A DNA stretch of 64,000 nucleotides, from contig CM082590.2 in NCBI GenBank assembly GCA_040954595.2, positions 9,261,988 to 9,325,987 of the forward strand, read 5' to 3'. Source of the DNA: Balanoglossus misakiensis (taxonomy: Eukaryota; Animalia; Hemichordata). Every line of letters starts with the position of its first letter. Position 1 is the first letter of the stretch. The notes under the pieces are model-generated. The model did no database searches, was not told the DNA's origin, and worked only from the letters and a program-made list of their open reading frames with translations. The position numbers and the translations under genes were made by a program. This document shows, piece by piece, positions 43,237-55,781 of this stretch.

Positions 43237-46200
43237 CATACACTTCATGAAATTTGAGATGATTACAGAGGTTGACATGTCTGCTCCGGAATAGTTTCAT
43301 GATCAGAAATATTTGACCCCAAACTGGCATACATGTTACTACTTCTCTATTCTTTAGTTGCAATGAACACACAAATCTTGTTATGTTTTACAGTATGTCA
43401 AATTACAAAAAGAACGTTCTTTTCGACATCATCTCATTACCGACAGAAACTGAATTTTAACTACAAGTTTATATCACAAGAAAGTATTACTTTTTACAAC
43501 ATGATGGGCAAAAAGAACTTTTTTATTTGTAATATTTTGATTAAATTATTGTGAATTTGAATAATAATTTGGTAAAAGTCAGAAATTTTAAGTTGAGATG
43601 TTTCAGTTGTACGTGTCGTCACGTCAGCCTAGAACGACTTCATTTTGCAATCTTTTTCTTTCTGACTTTGGGGTCACTGACAGTTTCGAGAGAAATCATT
43701 CTAGCGTACGACTGGGAAGCTTAAAAGCTTTTCTTGTGATGTAAAGAGACTATTTCTCCTCCTTAAGGCTTTCGTGCAGACACATTAAAACAGTTTACAT
43801 CAGAACAAATATATACATCTACACTCAGGCAAAACTTTCGTAGTCTTGACGATATGAAATTGATGAGGAACAGAGGATGTATTTCAACAAATCGAAATGT
43901 CTAGTTTATATGTAAACTACTAAGAGTTTGGACATCATCCAAAATTTCAGACTGTTACCAACACTTTATTGTCTTAGTTCCAGAAACATGTCAACTATCA
44001 AATGGATTCCTGCTATCAAAAATCCAAATATTTCAAATTGTGAAACTTAAGACTAAGTCTAGACTCGTCATCAATAACATTTTGGGTACTCTAGTTTTTC
44101 ATGAGAGTTTATGGTAATTTTTTCATCCAAAATGCAAATAATCAAAATTGCATTTTTCTTAAACTCATTAATTTTCTAATCTCTGAAGCTAAAAAAATCT
44201 TTACGAATGGAAAATATGTCAAAGGTTCGGAAAAAAACGTCTAAATCCTCTTAAATATCCATTAACACATTTGGTTTTTCTCTGAACTTTGACGACAGAG
44301 CTTTCAGATTCCGCGGTTGATTCAATTTTAAATCTGCTTTTACGGCCTGCTTGCACACACGCGTAAAAAGTGATGTTGTAAATCTTAAAAGGGGCCATAA
44401 ATGACTAACGCCAGTTATGGCAAAATATGAATAATATCTGGTGTGTCTCTAATCGTAATAGCAATGCTAGATTGAGTTACATGTACATGTAGGTTTCATA
44501 TTTTGTTTCAGGTCTGTTTATCCTACTTCGTTGATGACAATATACAACATGTATCAATTACTTGCATATTTCCAGCAGAAAATTGCTCAATTACACATCT
44601 TAAATAATGCATTTCATGAGACAGCAATGTAAATGGGTAATATATCACAGGAGTTTGATAGAACATAGATCAGAACTAGGGTTCTAATTGGGTCAGCTAT
44701 GGGCTAGCACTAGATCGATTTACATGATTGGCCGGATCTGTTCCAAGGTCAAACGCATCATCGGCACGAGAGTTCATTGTCCCACGACCCTGGCAAGCAA
44801 GATCAAAGACACACTTCCCAGGTATCAGCAGTGAGTCACGCAAAGAACAAAGATCATGCAAAGGTCACCCAAATTGTCCAAGATAAGCCAAAAGGTCAGA
44901 GAAATACCAAAAGGCCAAACACATATTGTCTTGTAGAAACGGCCTGATTATATTTACAATTGACAAGAACTGAAGTTTCCAAAGATCAGTTCTGGGATGA
45001 TCCAAGCCAGCCCTGGGGATTACCAATTCAAATATAATTCCTAGTTCTTTTATCATTGAGATAAGTCACTCTGGAACTTGGGAAATTTACACAAATGAAC
45101 ACAATTTCATGGCCAATGTAGATTGCACGAAAGCATTCAGTGGTAAAGGCATTTGCGACACAGATGTCAATTACTACATTGTTGGACGGGTCTGATGAAA
45201 ACCAGTAATCTTGAACATCCTTGGCAAATTATAAATCTTGACTGTGGATGATGGCAAGTACACTTGTGCCTACATAATGACAGAATCACGGAATCACGCG
45301 TCTCCATAATGAAGGAATCACGCATTTGTTCCCCAGCCTTTCATTACAGACATCTTGCGATAACATTATTCCATCGACACAACTGCGACGGAAACTCGAT
45401 CGCAGACGGACAGCGAGCGCGGCAGGGGGTCACGGAAATCCTCTTTCAAAATCAACCGGGATAAATTTTCACTCCACGGCCTATCTGTCTCATTGAGCAT
45501 CCTCCCCCACACGCACTCAGTCGCTTGGAATGACTTTGCGTGACTCCACACAATACCAGAGAAATCAGATAAATAGAGCCTGATGAAGAAATGGACTGGT
45601 GAAGTGACAATTCTAAGAAGAGCCCTTTCATCTTGGTGCGAACACAAAATATACTGTAGACATTTTAACAGTATAACAGATGTAGGGCAATGCAATTACT
45701 AAAAGCTATTAAAATATAATGTACACGCAAGTTAAAAATAAACTGGCCCTCATTATCTCTGTCATTTAAATTGTATCCTGGGATCAAAAAAATTCGGAGT
45801 ACGGTGGCCCAAATTCATGTACCAGAATAGTGTGGACGCGGACCAAATCTATTCCCCAAAAGACAGTTATTTTATGTTGCCCTGACTTTCAGTCGGACTG
45901 ACTAATGTGAATAACGTTAGTATACAATTTGGATCTATGGACTGGGAGATTGAGGTTATCGGGTTGACTTCTCATCTTTTGCGCACAGCTGTGCTCGGAG
46001 TGAAAGATTCTTGGGAAGTGACTGTGTCAAACACTTATGCTGTGAGTCTTCTCTCGGCTATCTCACAGTCACTCACAAAAGTTGGCCACGATTCAAGATT
46101 TTCTACCGAAGACACAAAACCACAACATTCTATGAAGTGAGAAAGTTAATCAACTTGAAGACACCCTCAATGAACCCCTCCCCCTCACATACACACAATG

Positions 46201-48134
46201 ATCACCTTCATTTCCTTGCACGTAAACACAGCAAAAAAATTACAGCTAATGGAGCTTTAATACTTGACATAATCTATAGCACTTTATCCTGAGTGACCCT
46301 TCCTCCCCCATTCCCTACAAATAGATTCAACCACACCACTCAGAACAATAGGACGAACCAAGTATCATCGTAGAAAGGTATCCACACTACCTTTGATGCC
46401 AACACAAGCCAGTAATCCACAAACATGAATGACCCTGTCAATATGTACTGTTTTTTTATCTGAACTACGCAAATATATTCAAGTGTTTGGTCAGCAAACA
46501 CAGATAACCTAAAATAGCTTACAAGTTTGGATTGGCTTTCGTTCAAATATTGGCAGGGTCTACTGTTTTCCAGGCAGATAAATATCGCAGAAGGGAAGTT
46601 ATTACACATGTTATCAAACCAGCTTGGTTTCGATAGCACTGTTGCTTTTAAAATGGCTATTTTTACATCTCTGGTTCTCGCATTAGTTTTCGCTGATACT
46701 GAACGTGGAAAGTCTTCGTTTTCTGTGAAATTACGTTTAACATATTAATCCATTTGCTTTTGAAGGTGCTTTCTTTGATTGTTGTAAATCCAGGGTTATT
46801 TTATTCAGCAATTAACCTATCGCCATCATGCATCGTCTCAAAGGGGTTTCTCTGATAGGCTAGAAAATTGCTACATCTGCTATATGACTGTGTTTAGAAT
46901 GACCAATTAAAACCCCAGACAATACAATACACTGTACTGTACAGTTCTGTTGGAGAGTGAAATATCGAGACCCGATGACCTATGTATTCACAGGCTTCAA
47001 GTAACGCCAAGGGTCATTTGACCCGATGGACGTATTGTTCGGCTCAAAGACATTCTACCAAGCTGAAAAAGGCTACGTGTGTCGACCATAAACCATTTCC
47101 GGTTTTCGGTCCGAGTACAGACGTACAAATCATTTCACATATAAATCTGTAAAGCATGGTTGCTTCTAAGCCTAGAAGATTCATTCTGATTAGCTAGCAC
47201 TGTGATAGCCCAGTGTTTAGCATAGAGCTAGCCCCAACACCAGTCAGGTGTAATCCATACATACATAGCAGTTAGCACAGTGTTTGCCTAAGGTGCTAAC
47301 CCACTTGGAAAAGAATCTCATTAAACTTTACTGCCGAACAGGCGCATACCATTCTCAGTACGGGTAACGCAGCATTACCGGGGTGGGATGTTGCGTTGCC
47401 TGGCCTTTGGGTCAAGAGGGCCTGGCTGAGCCTTATGAAAAGTAAACAAGGGTTATATTGAAACTGTGTTAGTATTCATGTCAAAAGAGCCCCACTTCTG
47501 GCTAGTCCAGGGCAGACTCGCGCTGTAACTCGATAGCAGGGAGCGCAACTGGATACCAAAAACCCCTTCTCTGTCCCCAACTTACACACACATATCACAG
47601 AAATAAACCGGCGGACATACATGCACACACACACAATTTCTGAGACTAAAGTCATTACTGTGATGATATCTCCATTTCGATGTCAGTTTCATTAAGATCC
47701 CAACATACCAACTACTCTTCTATAAGCATTTACCAATCGCCAATCAATATTTTCATCGCTGGATGCAAGTATTTACATAAACAGACGAGCAGATTAACAT
47801 CTGAAGTATTATCATTTATTATATAAATACCATTTCGTAAATGAGAAATAATTTGATAGTATTGACAGGGCAATCATAAGACTCCCTACAGAAGAGATAA
47901 TTAACTAACTACATGTTGATCTCAGGCAGCATGACTGACCAAGCTTGAAATTGTTTATAAATTCACAACCTGCTGAGTTTTATTAGAAATGATTATGTCA
48001 CGGCCCAGTGAAAAATGTATTCAAAACACAGCCACTGTGACCGGTGTTGATATTGTGATTACTACAAACTACTTGCTTGGGTGGAAGTGTTGTAAATATC
48101 TTAGCAGGATTCAACTCATGGCTTGGGCAGTTGC

Positions 48135-48286
48135 TTAAAGAGACAAAGTCTCTCTCTCGTTGCCCCTTTTTCCATTAATTATGTTTGATACAAGACACTG
48201 GTTATGTTATTCTATATGTGGATATATAGTGAATCAACGTTCGACCACAGACAACTTCCATCCCACTTGTAGACACAAGAGTGAAA
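48135..48286. mobile_element. Left part of a 27197-family MITE interrupted by the Helentron-like element; it resumes at about 49449
   Basis: Colinear with 27197-27330 up to GAGTGAAA, then continues as AAAACTCGCC after the insertion, as in the intact copy (GAGTAAAAACTCGCC). Confidence 0.8.
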
Positions 48287-49448
48287 TATAGCTGCAAGCA
48301 GCGATGACGGGCCCAAGCTTAAGCCGAAGGTCAAAGGTCATAAGTGGTCACCCAAAATTTGGGCAATAAATTTTGACCCCATACTGGTCCGTGTCCCACA
48401 AGAACAAAATCTCTAGCCCTATTGGTTCGCCTACAATTATGTATGTGCATAATTAATGAGGTAAAGTGTAAGGCTCCATCAGGAGTTCCATCCCTCCAAA
48501 TGCCAAGGCTGTAGCTGCTGTGCATGCCGAGATATGGTAAAGTAGGTCAAAGGTCACCTGAGGTCACCCAAAATTTGGGCAAGAAATTTTGACCCCATAC
48601 TGGTTCATGTTCAGCAAAAATCAAACCTCTAGTCCTATTGGTTGGCCTGGAATTAGGTATGCACATAATTAATGAGATAAGCAGGTGTCACAGGTGACCC
48701 TCAATTTTGGCTTTTAAATTTTAGTCCCAACCCTCCAAACGCCAAGTCTGTACCTGCTCTGGATGCCGAGATATAGGAAAGTAGGTCAAAGGTCACCTGA
48801 GGTCACCCAAAATTTGGGCAATTTTTTTTTACCCTATATTGGTCCATGTCCCACAAGCACAAAACCTCTAGCCCTATTAGTTAGCCCAGAATTAGGTATG
48901 CACATAATTAATGAGTTAAGCAGGTGTTACAGGTGAGCCCAAAATTTTGCCTTTTATTTTGGTCCCATTTTGCTCACGGGCCAATAGAGAGTCACAGTAC
49001 AGGACCATTGCACAGATGTGGACATAGCATCATAGCTTAACTATAGAAAGTATAGGCCTATGGCTGGGTCCAAAAAATATGAAATATAATATTTAAAAAT
49101 CTTCTTCTCAAAATTGACTTGGCGCAGAGCCTTGAAATTTAGCATGTAGGACACTGACCATATGGTCCGCAAAATGATTGCACAGAATTTTGATATCGTC
49201 ATTCATATGCTAATTAGGCCCATTTGAAAACTTTGACCATATATGGTCATCAGGTCATGTGACTAATTACACATTCACGAGGGTACTGCACGAGCTCTCA
49301 TAGACCTGCACCATTGTGCCAAGTTTGAGATTTGTAGGTTCAGCCGTTTTCAAGATCTACCTGAGCAAAAAAACTACACAAGAAAAAAAAAAAGATGAAA
49401 AACCCCAGTAATACCAATAGGGCACAAGCCTGCTTGGCTTGTGCCCTA
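48287..49448 (-). mobile_element. Non-autonomous Helentron/Helitron2-type (HINE/DINE-1-like) element, about 1.16 kb, with internal tandem repeats
   Basis: One end has the 13-bp palindrome TAGGGCACAAGCC-tgctt-GGCTTGTGCCCTA (49418-49448). The other end has a matching subterminal repeat GGGCCCAAGC (48309-48318) and the small stem-loop GCTGC-AA-GCAGC (48291-48302). Inserted in an A/T run with no clear target-site duplication. Confidence 0.75.
48328..48965. repeat. About 2.7 tandem copies of a 216-239 bp unit inside the Helentron-like element
   Basis: AGGTCAAAGGTCA....GGTCACCCAAAATTTGGGCAA recurs at 48328, 48544 and 48783 with colinear downstream sequence. Confidence 0.9.
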
Positions 49449-51148
49449 AAAACTCGCCAAAATGAATAATCAGTGTTTACCATTTATTCATATAGTTGGC
49501 GTACAGAAGTGTAGCTACCCATGAATACATGCATAACACCACATCACTCTAATCCACAGTAATTTAATTCTCAGCTAGCTGACACAACAAACCAGCCAAC
49601 AGTAGAGTGATGAACACCTTCATTTCCTTCTACTGTAAATCCTTCCATTTAAAGTCATTTTTCTGGATCCCGCGGATCAAGTCTGTTTTCAGTGTCCAGA
49701 TAATGAACGAGGTGCCTTTTACTGTCACACAAATCTGGAAAAATGTATGCAGAACTTGTAAAAGGTGTGTGAGGATGCATATTCTTGTAAGAATTTCCGA
49801 AGGATTTCAAGAAGTATGCAAGGCCAAAAATACTATTTTCCTGGGATGATTTTACAATATTTAAAATTTTACAGGAAACTCATTTTATTTTCAAGGATCT
49901 TCCAAGAACAATTTTTATTTTCCAAGACCTCAAGAAAAACATATAAACTGAAAAGATCTTGCAAGTTCTTGGGGAGTTTGGGAAACAGAGTAGTCAGTCC
50001 AACAAAGGCACCAAAGATGTCTTCCCAACTATCCCAGAAGGCCATATTCCTGACCTGTATGTGACCTCTACATCCTGGCATTTTGATGGTATGAGTTCAC
50101 CAAATTGAAGTTTGAACTCTGGAAATGTCAACCACACTACTGAAGTTGTGTGCTGTAACTCAACCCAGTACAAAAAATTTATAATTTTTTTCTGTTACAA
50201 TAAGGGAAATGTTGGGTGTAATGTTGATTGGTGTGATGTCAAACCAAGAAAAATACCAGGAAGTAATGGTCACTCAGGGGTCAAGAATCCCAGAAAACCT
50301 ACTTGCACTCTCAGACCTGAATAACACACTTGCTATTAACACCTCAACCATGAACAATGCACCCATAGAACCAATGCAAATGTATGTTAATTCAAAGCAA
50401 CAAGATCATCCAATCAGGTCACTGGGAAATTCCTGTACTGGCCAATCATCATGCACCACTCAGAATGCCACAGCAAATACAACATTCAAGTTCAACACCT
50501 GTGCAGGCAGGCAAATGCATAAACAAACCTCCTCTAGTTGCCCAACATTACCACAGCCCAAATCACAACAACGACCTTTTCACTTTCTTAGAACTGTAAA
50601 AAAAATTTCCAAGCAAAACAAAACAAGAAAATCACTCAAACTGATAAAAGTTAACATCCAAACTGAAAACTTTCCAATATTTTGTATCAACAAAAACAAC
50701 TGATGACCTCTGACCCTAACACTTTACATCTCACTAAGGAGCCCTCTCAAACAGTCATGTTCAAACTCAGAGACCTGCAACATCACAAAACAAGCTCTCC
50801 TCAAACAATGTAAGTTTCCAGACATTTTATGTACATTTTTACTTTCTTTATCCCCAATATGATGCCTCAACTTGACAGATTCTCACTGCAGCTCATCAAT
50901 TTGTTCATTTTTGTTTCACATGCACTATTTTTACACCAGTTTCTCTTTCTTTCATTCATTGCAGTGGCCTGGTGGAGATCCCCAGTGGACTGAGTGTGTG
51001 GTTTTGAAACACCAGCTTTTGAAATAAAAGAAGGAAATGTACCACTACAGACTAAAGGTGACTTGTTTATTTACCAAACCCCGATTATGGCCATTTAAAG
51101 TCTAGTCTCCCAACCCAGCTGGTGGTCCCTGGTTAGACTGACACTGCT

Positions 51149-51241
51149 TGAACCCTTCCAGCACAATGGTTCAGTCCAAACCCATTGTTTTCTATGGTAA
51201 GGTTAGACCTTTATAGACGGAACTAGGGGTGATAGGGTTAA
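51149..51241. mobile_element. piggyBac-like 90-bp MITE copy
   Basis: Same internal core GGTTCAGTCCAAACCCATTGTTTTCTATGGTAA; ends with AGGGTTAA. Confidence 0.75.
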
Positions 51242-52640
51242 AACAAACTAATTAATCAGTTAATTGGGCAAATCTAATTTACCGGTAATTAAACTATAAA
51301 CTATCTGACACAAGTCAATACACTGATGAGGTCATCTGAGAGAAGGGAACTATTTTAATCGCTGTTTAGTTTGTAATGTGAGCGGAAGACTTATGTCCAC
51401 TGGGATTGATTTACAAACTTGGGTGTTATGTGGTCATAATTTTAAATTCAAGACTTGTGAAGAAGGGGCTGTGTAGGGGTTTGTTTCGATCTCAAAGGAT
51501 GTTGTCTGGTTTAGAAAAAGTACAGTTGCTGCTTGACTGATTTGAGTTGTAGTTAGTGAAATTTTATAATGGCTATGGGTGGCCCACAAACACATGCTTT
51601 GGTCATTACATCTTCTTCCAATGTGACTGGATTTGTTCATGAGTCAGGGATTTGTCACTAACCGAAGAGCCAGTCAACTTGAAACCCAAGTCCGATTTTT
51701 TGCACAACCGCCAAATTCCATCGATTTCCGGGGGTAGATTTCTTAGGCCAAAGCCCTCATCAAAACGCCAGTCACATATGCTGGGTGACCTCTGACCCGA
51801 AGTGATTCATAACCTGCATGCCTTTAATAAACTCAGATAACGACGAAATTTGTAAATATTCATTACATTTTGCGCTAATGAACAAAATCTGTTAGTTGAT
51901 TCCATAGAGACTTTGCAAAGAGAGATAAGACAACACCTTTCTTTTCAACATCTTGTATACTTCATCGAATCTGGGAGTAGACCCTGGGATTGTAATGAAA
52001 CGCTATAAACACACATCAAAACAAAATATGCACGGAATTCGTCGAGACGTACGAAGCCTTAACAGCAAGTAACCCGATCGTGCGCTTAAGACAGATAAAC
52101 TGACAGCGTGGAAAGTTTAGTGATGGTTATGTTGGGATAGACCTTGGCGAGGGGGTCACTTAAAATTGCAATCGGCGATGGGGTTGGGCCACCGTCGACC
52201 TCCTAATTAATTACTAGACCACTGACATTTGCAAACCCTAACCGCATACACACGCCGGGTGTATTCGAGTTCTGGAGCTGATGGCAACGGGGATCGCTGA
52301 TTAACAAATATATATATTAAAAAGCTACACTCGTTGCGTTTCTACTTGAGTCCTTTTCAGATGAAGAAGCTACGATAGCACGCTCAATACAAGGCCGCCG
52401 TGCGTAGTATAAGTGACAGGGGCTAGGCGGGGACCCACTTGGAGTTCTGTGGGGGAATTTCTTCACTGATCGGGACGGGTATCCCACAACTCGCCGAGAA
52501 AAAACGCCCCTAATTCGCGTTACAAACAACTTAGGGAAATTCTGACCAGCTCACACCTCCCGTACATATCACACATACATCATATCTAAAGCGATCGCCA
52601 ATTGAGCGAACAGAATCTCGCTGAAAAAGTGGAAAAGTTC

Positions 52641-52800
52641 GACTCACCCTGCTGCAAACTTCTTCCGTTTTCCCTTCTGCTGTCCAAATCAAAATGGCGG
52701 CTTTAAAAAGTGACGTCATCAAGGAAGAGCCCATCCCATTGTGATGCAAATATCTTTACGCTTACAAACACTTCCGTATACGGAGTTCCCGTGTTCATTT
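52641..52800 (-). promoter_or_regulatory. Candidate promoter and short non-coding first exon of talin
   Basis: Locally CpG-rich region. Minus-strand donor G|GTGAGTC at 52647, YY1-type AAAATGGCGG at 52691-52700, perfect CRE TGACGTCA at 52711-52718, ETS-type ACTTCCG near 52770. The link to talin is inferred. Confidence 0.6.
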
Positions 52801-54474
52801 CACTGGCAGGCGGAAGGAAATTGACACATAAGATTTTTGTTAGCTTATCCTCCACAACTAAACATACTTGACCGATTTCTATGCAATCCATCAGGGAATC
52901 TTAAACTACATGACGTGTCTCCTTGGCAACTGAAGTGTACGCGTTGACTAATGGACCAGAAAACTTTTTGCCCGCAATTAACTTAGGTGTTTATTTTTTT
53001 TCTTAATTGGCACTTGATTATAAAGATTTTTTCGCTGGTAAGATATCCTATAAACTGATCAAACTTGCCTATACTATGTCATTATATTATTTATTTATTT
53101 ATCTGGGTGAGATCATATGATTTCGAGATAAATTTCCCCCACCTCCGCAGTAGACACTGTGTGAGTTAACGGAAGTTGGTGTGGTTTTTTGTTGATACTA
53201 AAGTAATAATAGTCTAAATCCTAAACAATTGAGACGTCTTATCGCCTGTCTGAAGTCAATAGAGTCATTTTACGTGGTCTGACAGTGCTATGTTTTCATT
53301 GTGTTTTCTTACCTTGAGACAGGATATAACTTAAAAGTCCTACTGTTTGGTTCGTCGTAGCAGATCTGCGGTGCACAGGGTTTTGTCCGCTTTCTAAGGA
53401 AACACGTAAAGCAAAAAGGGGAAAAATCAAATAAAGTAAATCTACGTGTAGAAACATATCCGGAAACTGATCTGGGTATTCAGCTACTGATACTAGTATA
53501 ACACTATGATAATGGCAGCACACTATTGTGTGCGTTTCCATTACGTCTCCATGGTTACACGTTGCTACGGTTTCCAGTAAGTCAGTGCATGATGAAGTGG
53601 TTGGTGGTGTTCTGCTACGCGAATGCTTCGTCGGATGGACAAAACACCAACAAACGATCGGTGACTTTGTTGATCGGAAATAAAACAACGTAAAACTCTT
53701 TCTCCATCCTCTCTCTCTCTCCTTCTCTCTCTCCATCTTTCCCTCTCTCTTTTTCATTCTCCCCCCTGGTTTGGAGAAGTGCTGATCTCAAACTTCTTAC
53801 TTACCTTTTGTGAGTTTGGAGTACATGTATATCTGAAAGCTATACTATAACCATTTCACGGCCGAAGTTTTCTGGGAGAAGATGTCTCTTTTGGTGTCTT
53901 CATCTATCCTTATGATGAATAAAAAAAGATACTTCGTTAATTTGGAAACGTGCATGGATGGACACCCCTTAAATATACAGCACAATGGTTTGGTGTTTGT
54001 TTCTATGGTAACATTGAATTTCGAACTATAATGGTAAATTTGTGTACAAGAATGAAGGTTTCTGTAGACGTTACCGGTGGTGGCGCTCAGCGCAGTGCCC
54101 CCTTATTTGGATCAGATTTATTTGCTCACTTTCGTTTTCAGTCCGGCTTTTTAAACCAATCTGAATAAAATAAAACATAGGGTTGGCTCGATCTTTACCT
54201 CAGCTGATTCTTGGATAGAATCTAATACAAACTTTATTATAACTTTGTGGTTTTCCTTTTTTCCTCATGTTTAAATCTGTTTGTTTAAAAAGTTTTCAAA
54301 AGTTGCTGCCCTCCCAATAAGCTTTTTTCAAATCGTCAAAATCAGATGATGACCATCCTCGGATTTTTCACTTGGCTATTAATAAGTGAGCAAATCGTTA
54401 ACGGCAAAGCAACGGGGGAAACTTTTTATGGATATTGACCCAATTCTCTTGCCTTGTGTTACATAATGCCTTGT

Positions 54475-54485
54475 TATATAAAAGG
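54475..54485 (+). promoter_or_regulatory. Candidate TATA box of the plus-strand membrane-protein gene
   Basis: TATATAAAAGG about 150 nt upstream of ATG 54632. Confidence 0.5.
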
Positions 54486-54631
54486 TCAACGGACCATAGA
54501 ATTGTTTGAAGTTGTTGAAAGGGCATGTGGTCATTGGTATGCGGCGATTTAGGACACCAGACGTGCCAAGCCCACTTCCATGACCATAGTTTACAGGTCA
54601 GTCCCGAGGAACATGGCGGATTACCCCAGTA

Positions 54632-55197
54632 ATGGGCTGTGGAGTACACGATTTTAATGAGCGATTTCAAGCAAAAGTCATGGGTAAGGGAGAGCGAAGA
54701 TCTGGACACCGCAGTCGAGCCCGCCGCCGGAATCGAGCGGCGCAACGTCGCCGTCGTCGTCGTCACCAGCATCACCGTCACGTTTCCACGCACGCCGGGG
54801 CGAATCGATCAGCCCAACGCACAGGAATCAGCGATCACCTTGACAACTCACAAGCGGCGGCTGCCCTCTCTGACAGCACCGAATTTTCAGGAAAATCGTC
54901 CAATTCTTTTAAGTTATGCATGGTCATAATATTGACGTTCTTCCTCATCATCGGGGCGGCGTTGATCGGGACAGGTCTTCCGGACAACAGTGTCCAAATC
55001 ATCGCGGGTTCTATGCTTTTAGGGGTACCTGTGTTAGCGTGTGTTATGACGCGAATCTGTCGCAAAAATGATGCCAATTTCCAGGGAGGTGACGTCGATC
55101 CAGAAATCGGACACGCCCTTAACGCGTACGCGCAACACACGCAGATAAACCCGGAAGTGCGTCTTGAAGAAGCCGGTACATTTGAAATTGACCACAG
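54632..55197 (+). CDS. Uncharacterised two-helix membrane protein, exon 1 (alternative start ATG 54680)
   Basis: GC-rich 189-codon ORF with an Arg/His-rich N-terminus and two hydrophobic segments (LCMVIILTFFLIIGAALIGTGL; VQIIAGSMLLGVPVLACVM). Donor CAG|GTAGG at 55198, phase 2. Confidence 0.85.
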
Positions 55198-55501
55198 GTA
55201 GGATAACAGAACAGTATGAAAATATTGAAAATAGTATAACTTGGTTAGATTGTTATAAATTGATATAAACAATTATATTAGCCCGAAGCATTTTCAAGCG
55301 GAGGGTACGGTACGCAAATGTAACGTGTGTACCAATGTAAAAAAAACGAAAGAACAAATTTGACCTACCTGTGTGCTGCATAAGTTTCTTGAACGTCTTG
55401 TGTCAACTTCTACCAAAATGTCTCACTGGCAAAATGTTCAGGAGAATCTTGCTGTCATTTCCACCATAATTGTAGATCGCTGAAATATTTTCTTTCAACA
55501 G

Positions 55502-55781
55502 AAATCCAGATGTAACAGCTGAAATACATATCCAGATTGAAGATTCCGCGATGTCCGATGAGTCCACACGCTCGAACCAGCCCCCTCCGTACCCAGTGGA
55601 TGGAGACCCGTTGCCAGGGGAACCATCTGAAGTAGCGCCGCCACCATCTTACGAAGAGGTGTTGGCAACCAGAACTGCCAGTCGGCCAACATTTGACGTG
55701 GATGCACCAACACCACCAGTGGAACCACCACAAACTATGATCCAAGAGTCAGAAACTGTATGGCAAGTTCGGGAAACTTGA
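55502..55781 (+). CDS. Uncharacterised membrane protein, exon 2: acidic, Pro-rich tail with PPPY and PPPSYEE motifs
   Basis: Acceptor TTTTCTTTCAACAG ends at 55501. The phase-2 join gives (R)NPDVTAEIHIQIEDSA in frame with ORF 55551..55781. Ends with TGA followed by TAA. Confidence 0.85.

Noticed and set aside
48328-48965. Possible CRISPR-like array
   Set aside because: The units are over 200 bp and similar along their whole length, with no unique spacers and no cas genes; the DNA is eukaryotic.
50209-50703. 164-aa plus-strand ORF
   Set aside because: Non-ATG start, no domain features, AT-rich composition like the surrounding intron.
50961-51015. tRNA or SINE-like A box (TGGCCTGGTGG) with a weak B box
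   Set aside because: No cloverleaf, degenerate B box and no second copy seen.
53296-53757. 153-aa minus-strand ORF
   Set aside because: Begins in a GA-rich simple repeat and has no recognisable motifs.
54398-55745. Antisense and alternative-frame ORFs over the membrane-protein gene
   Set aside because: Shadow ORFs of a GC-rich coding region; only the plus frame has a phase-compatible splice and a coherent architecture.
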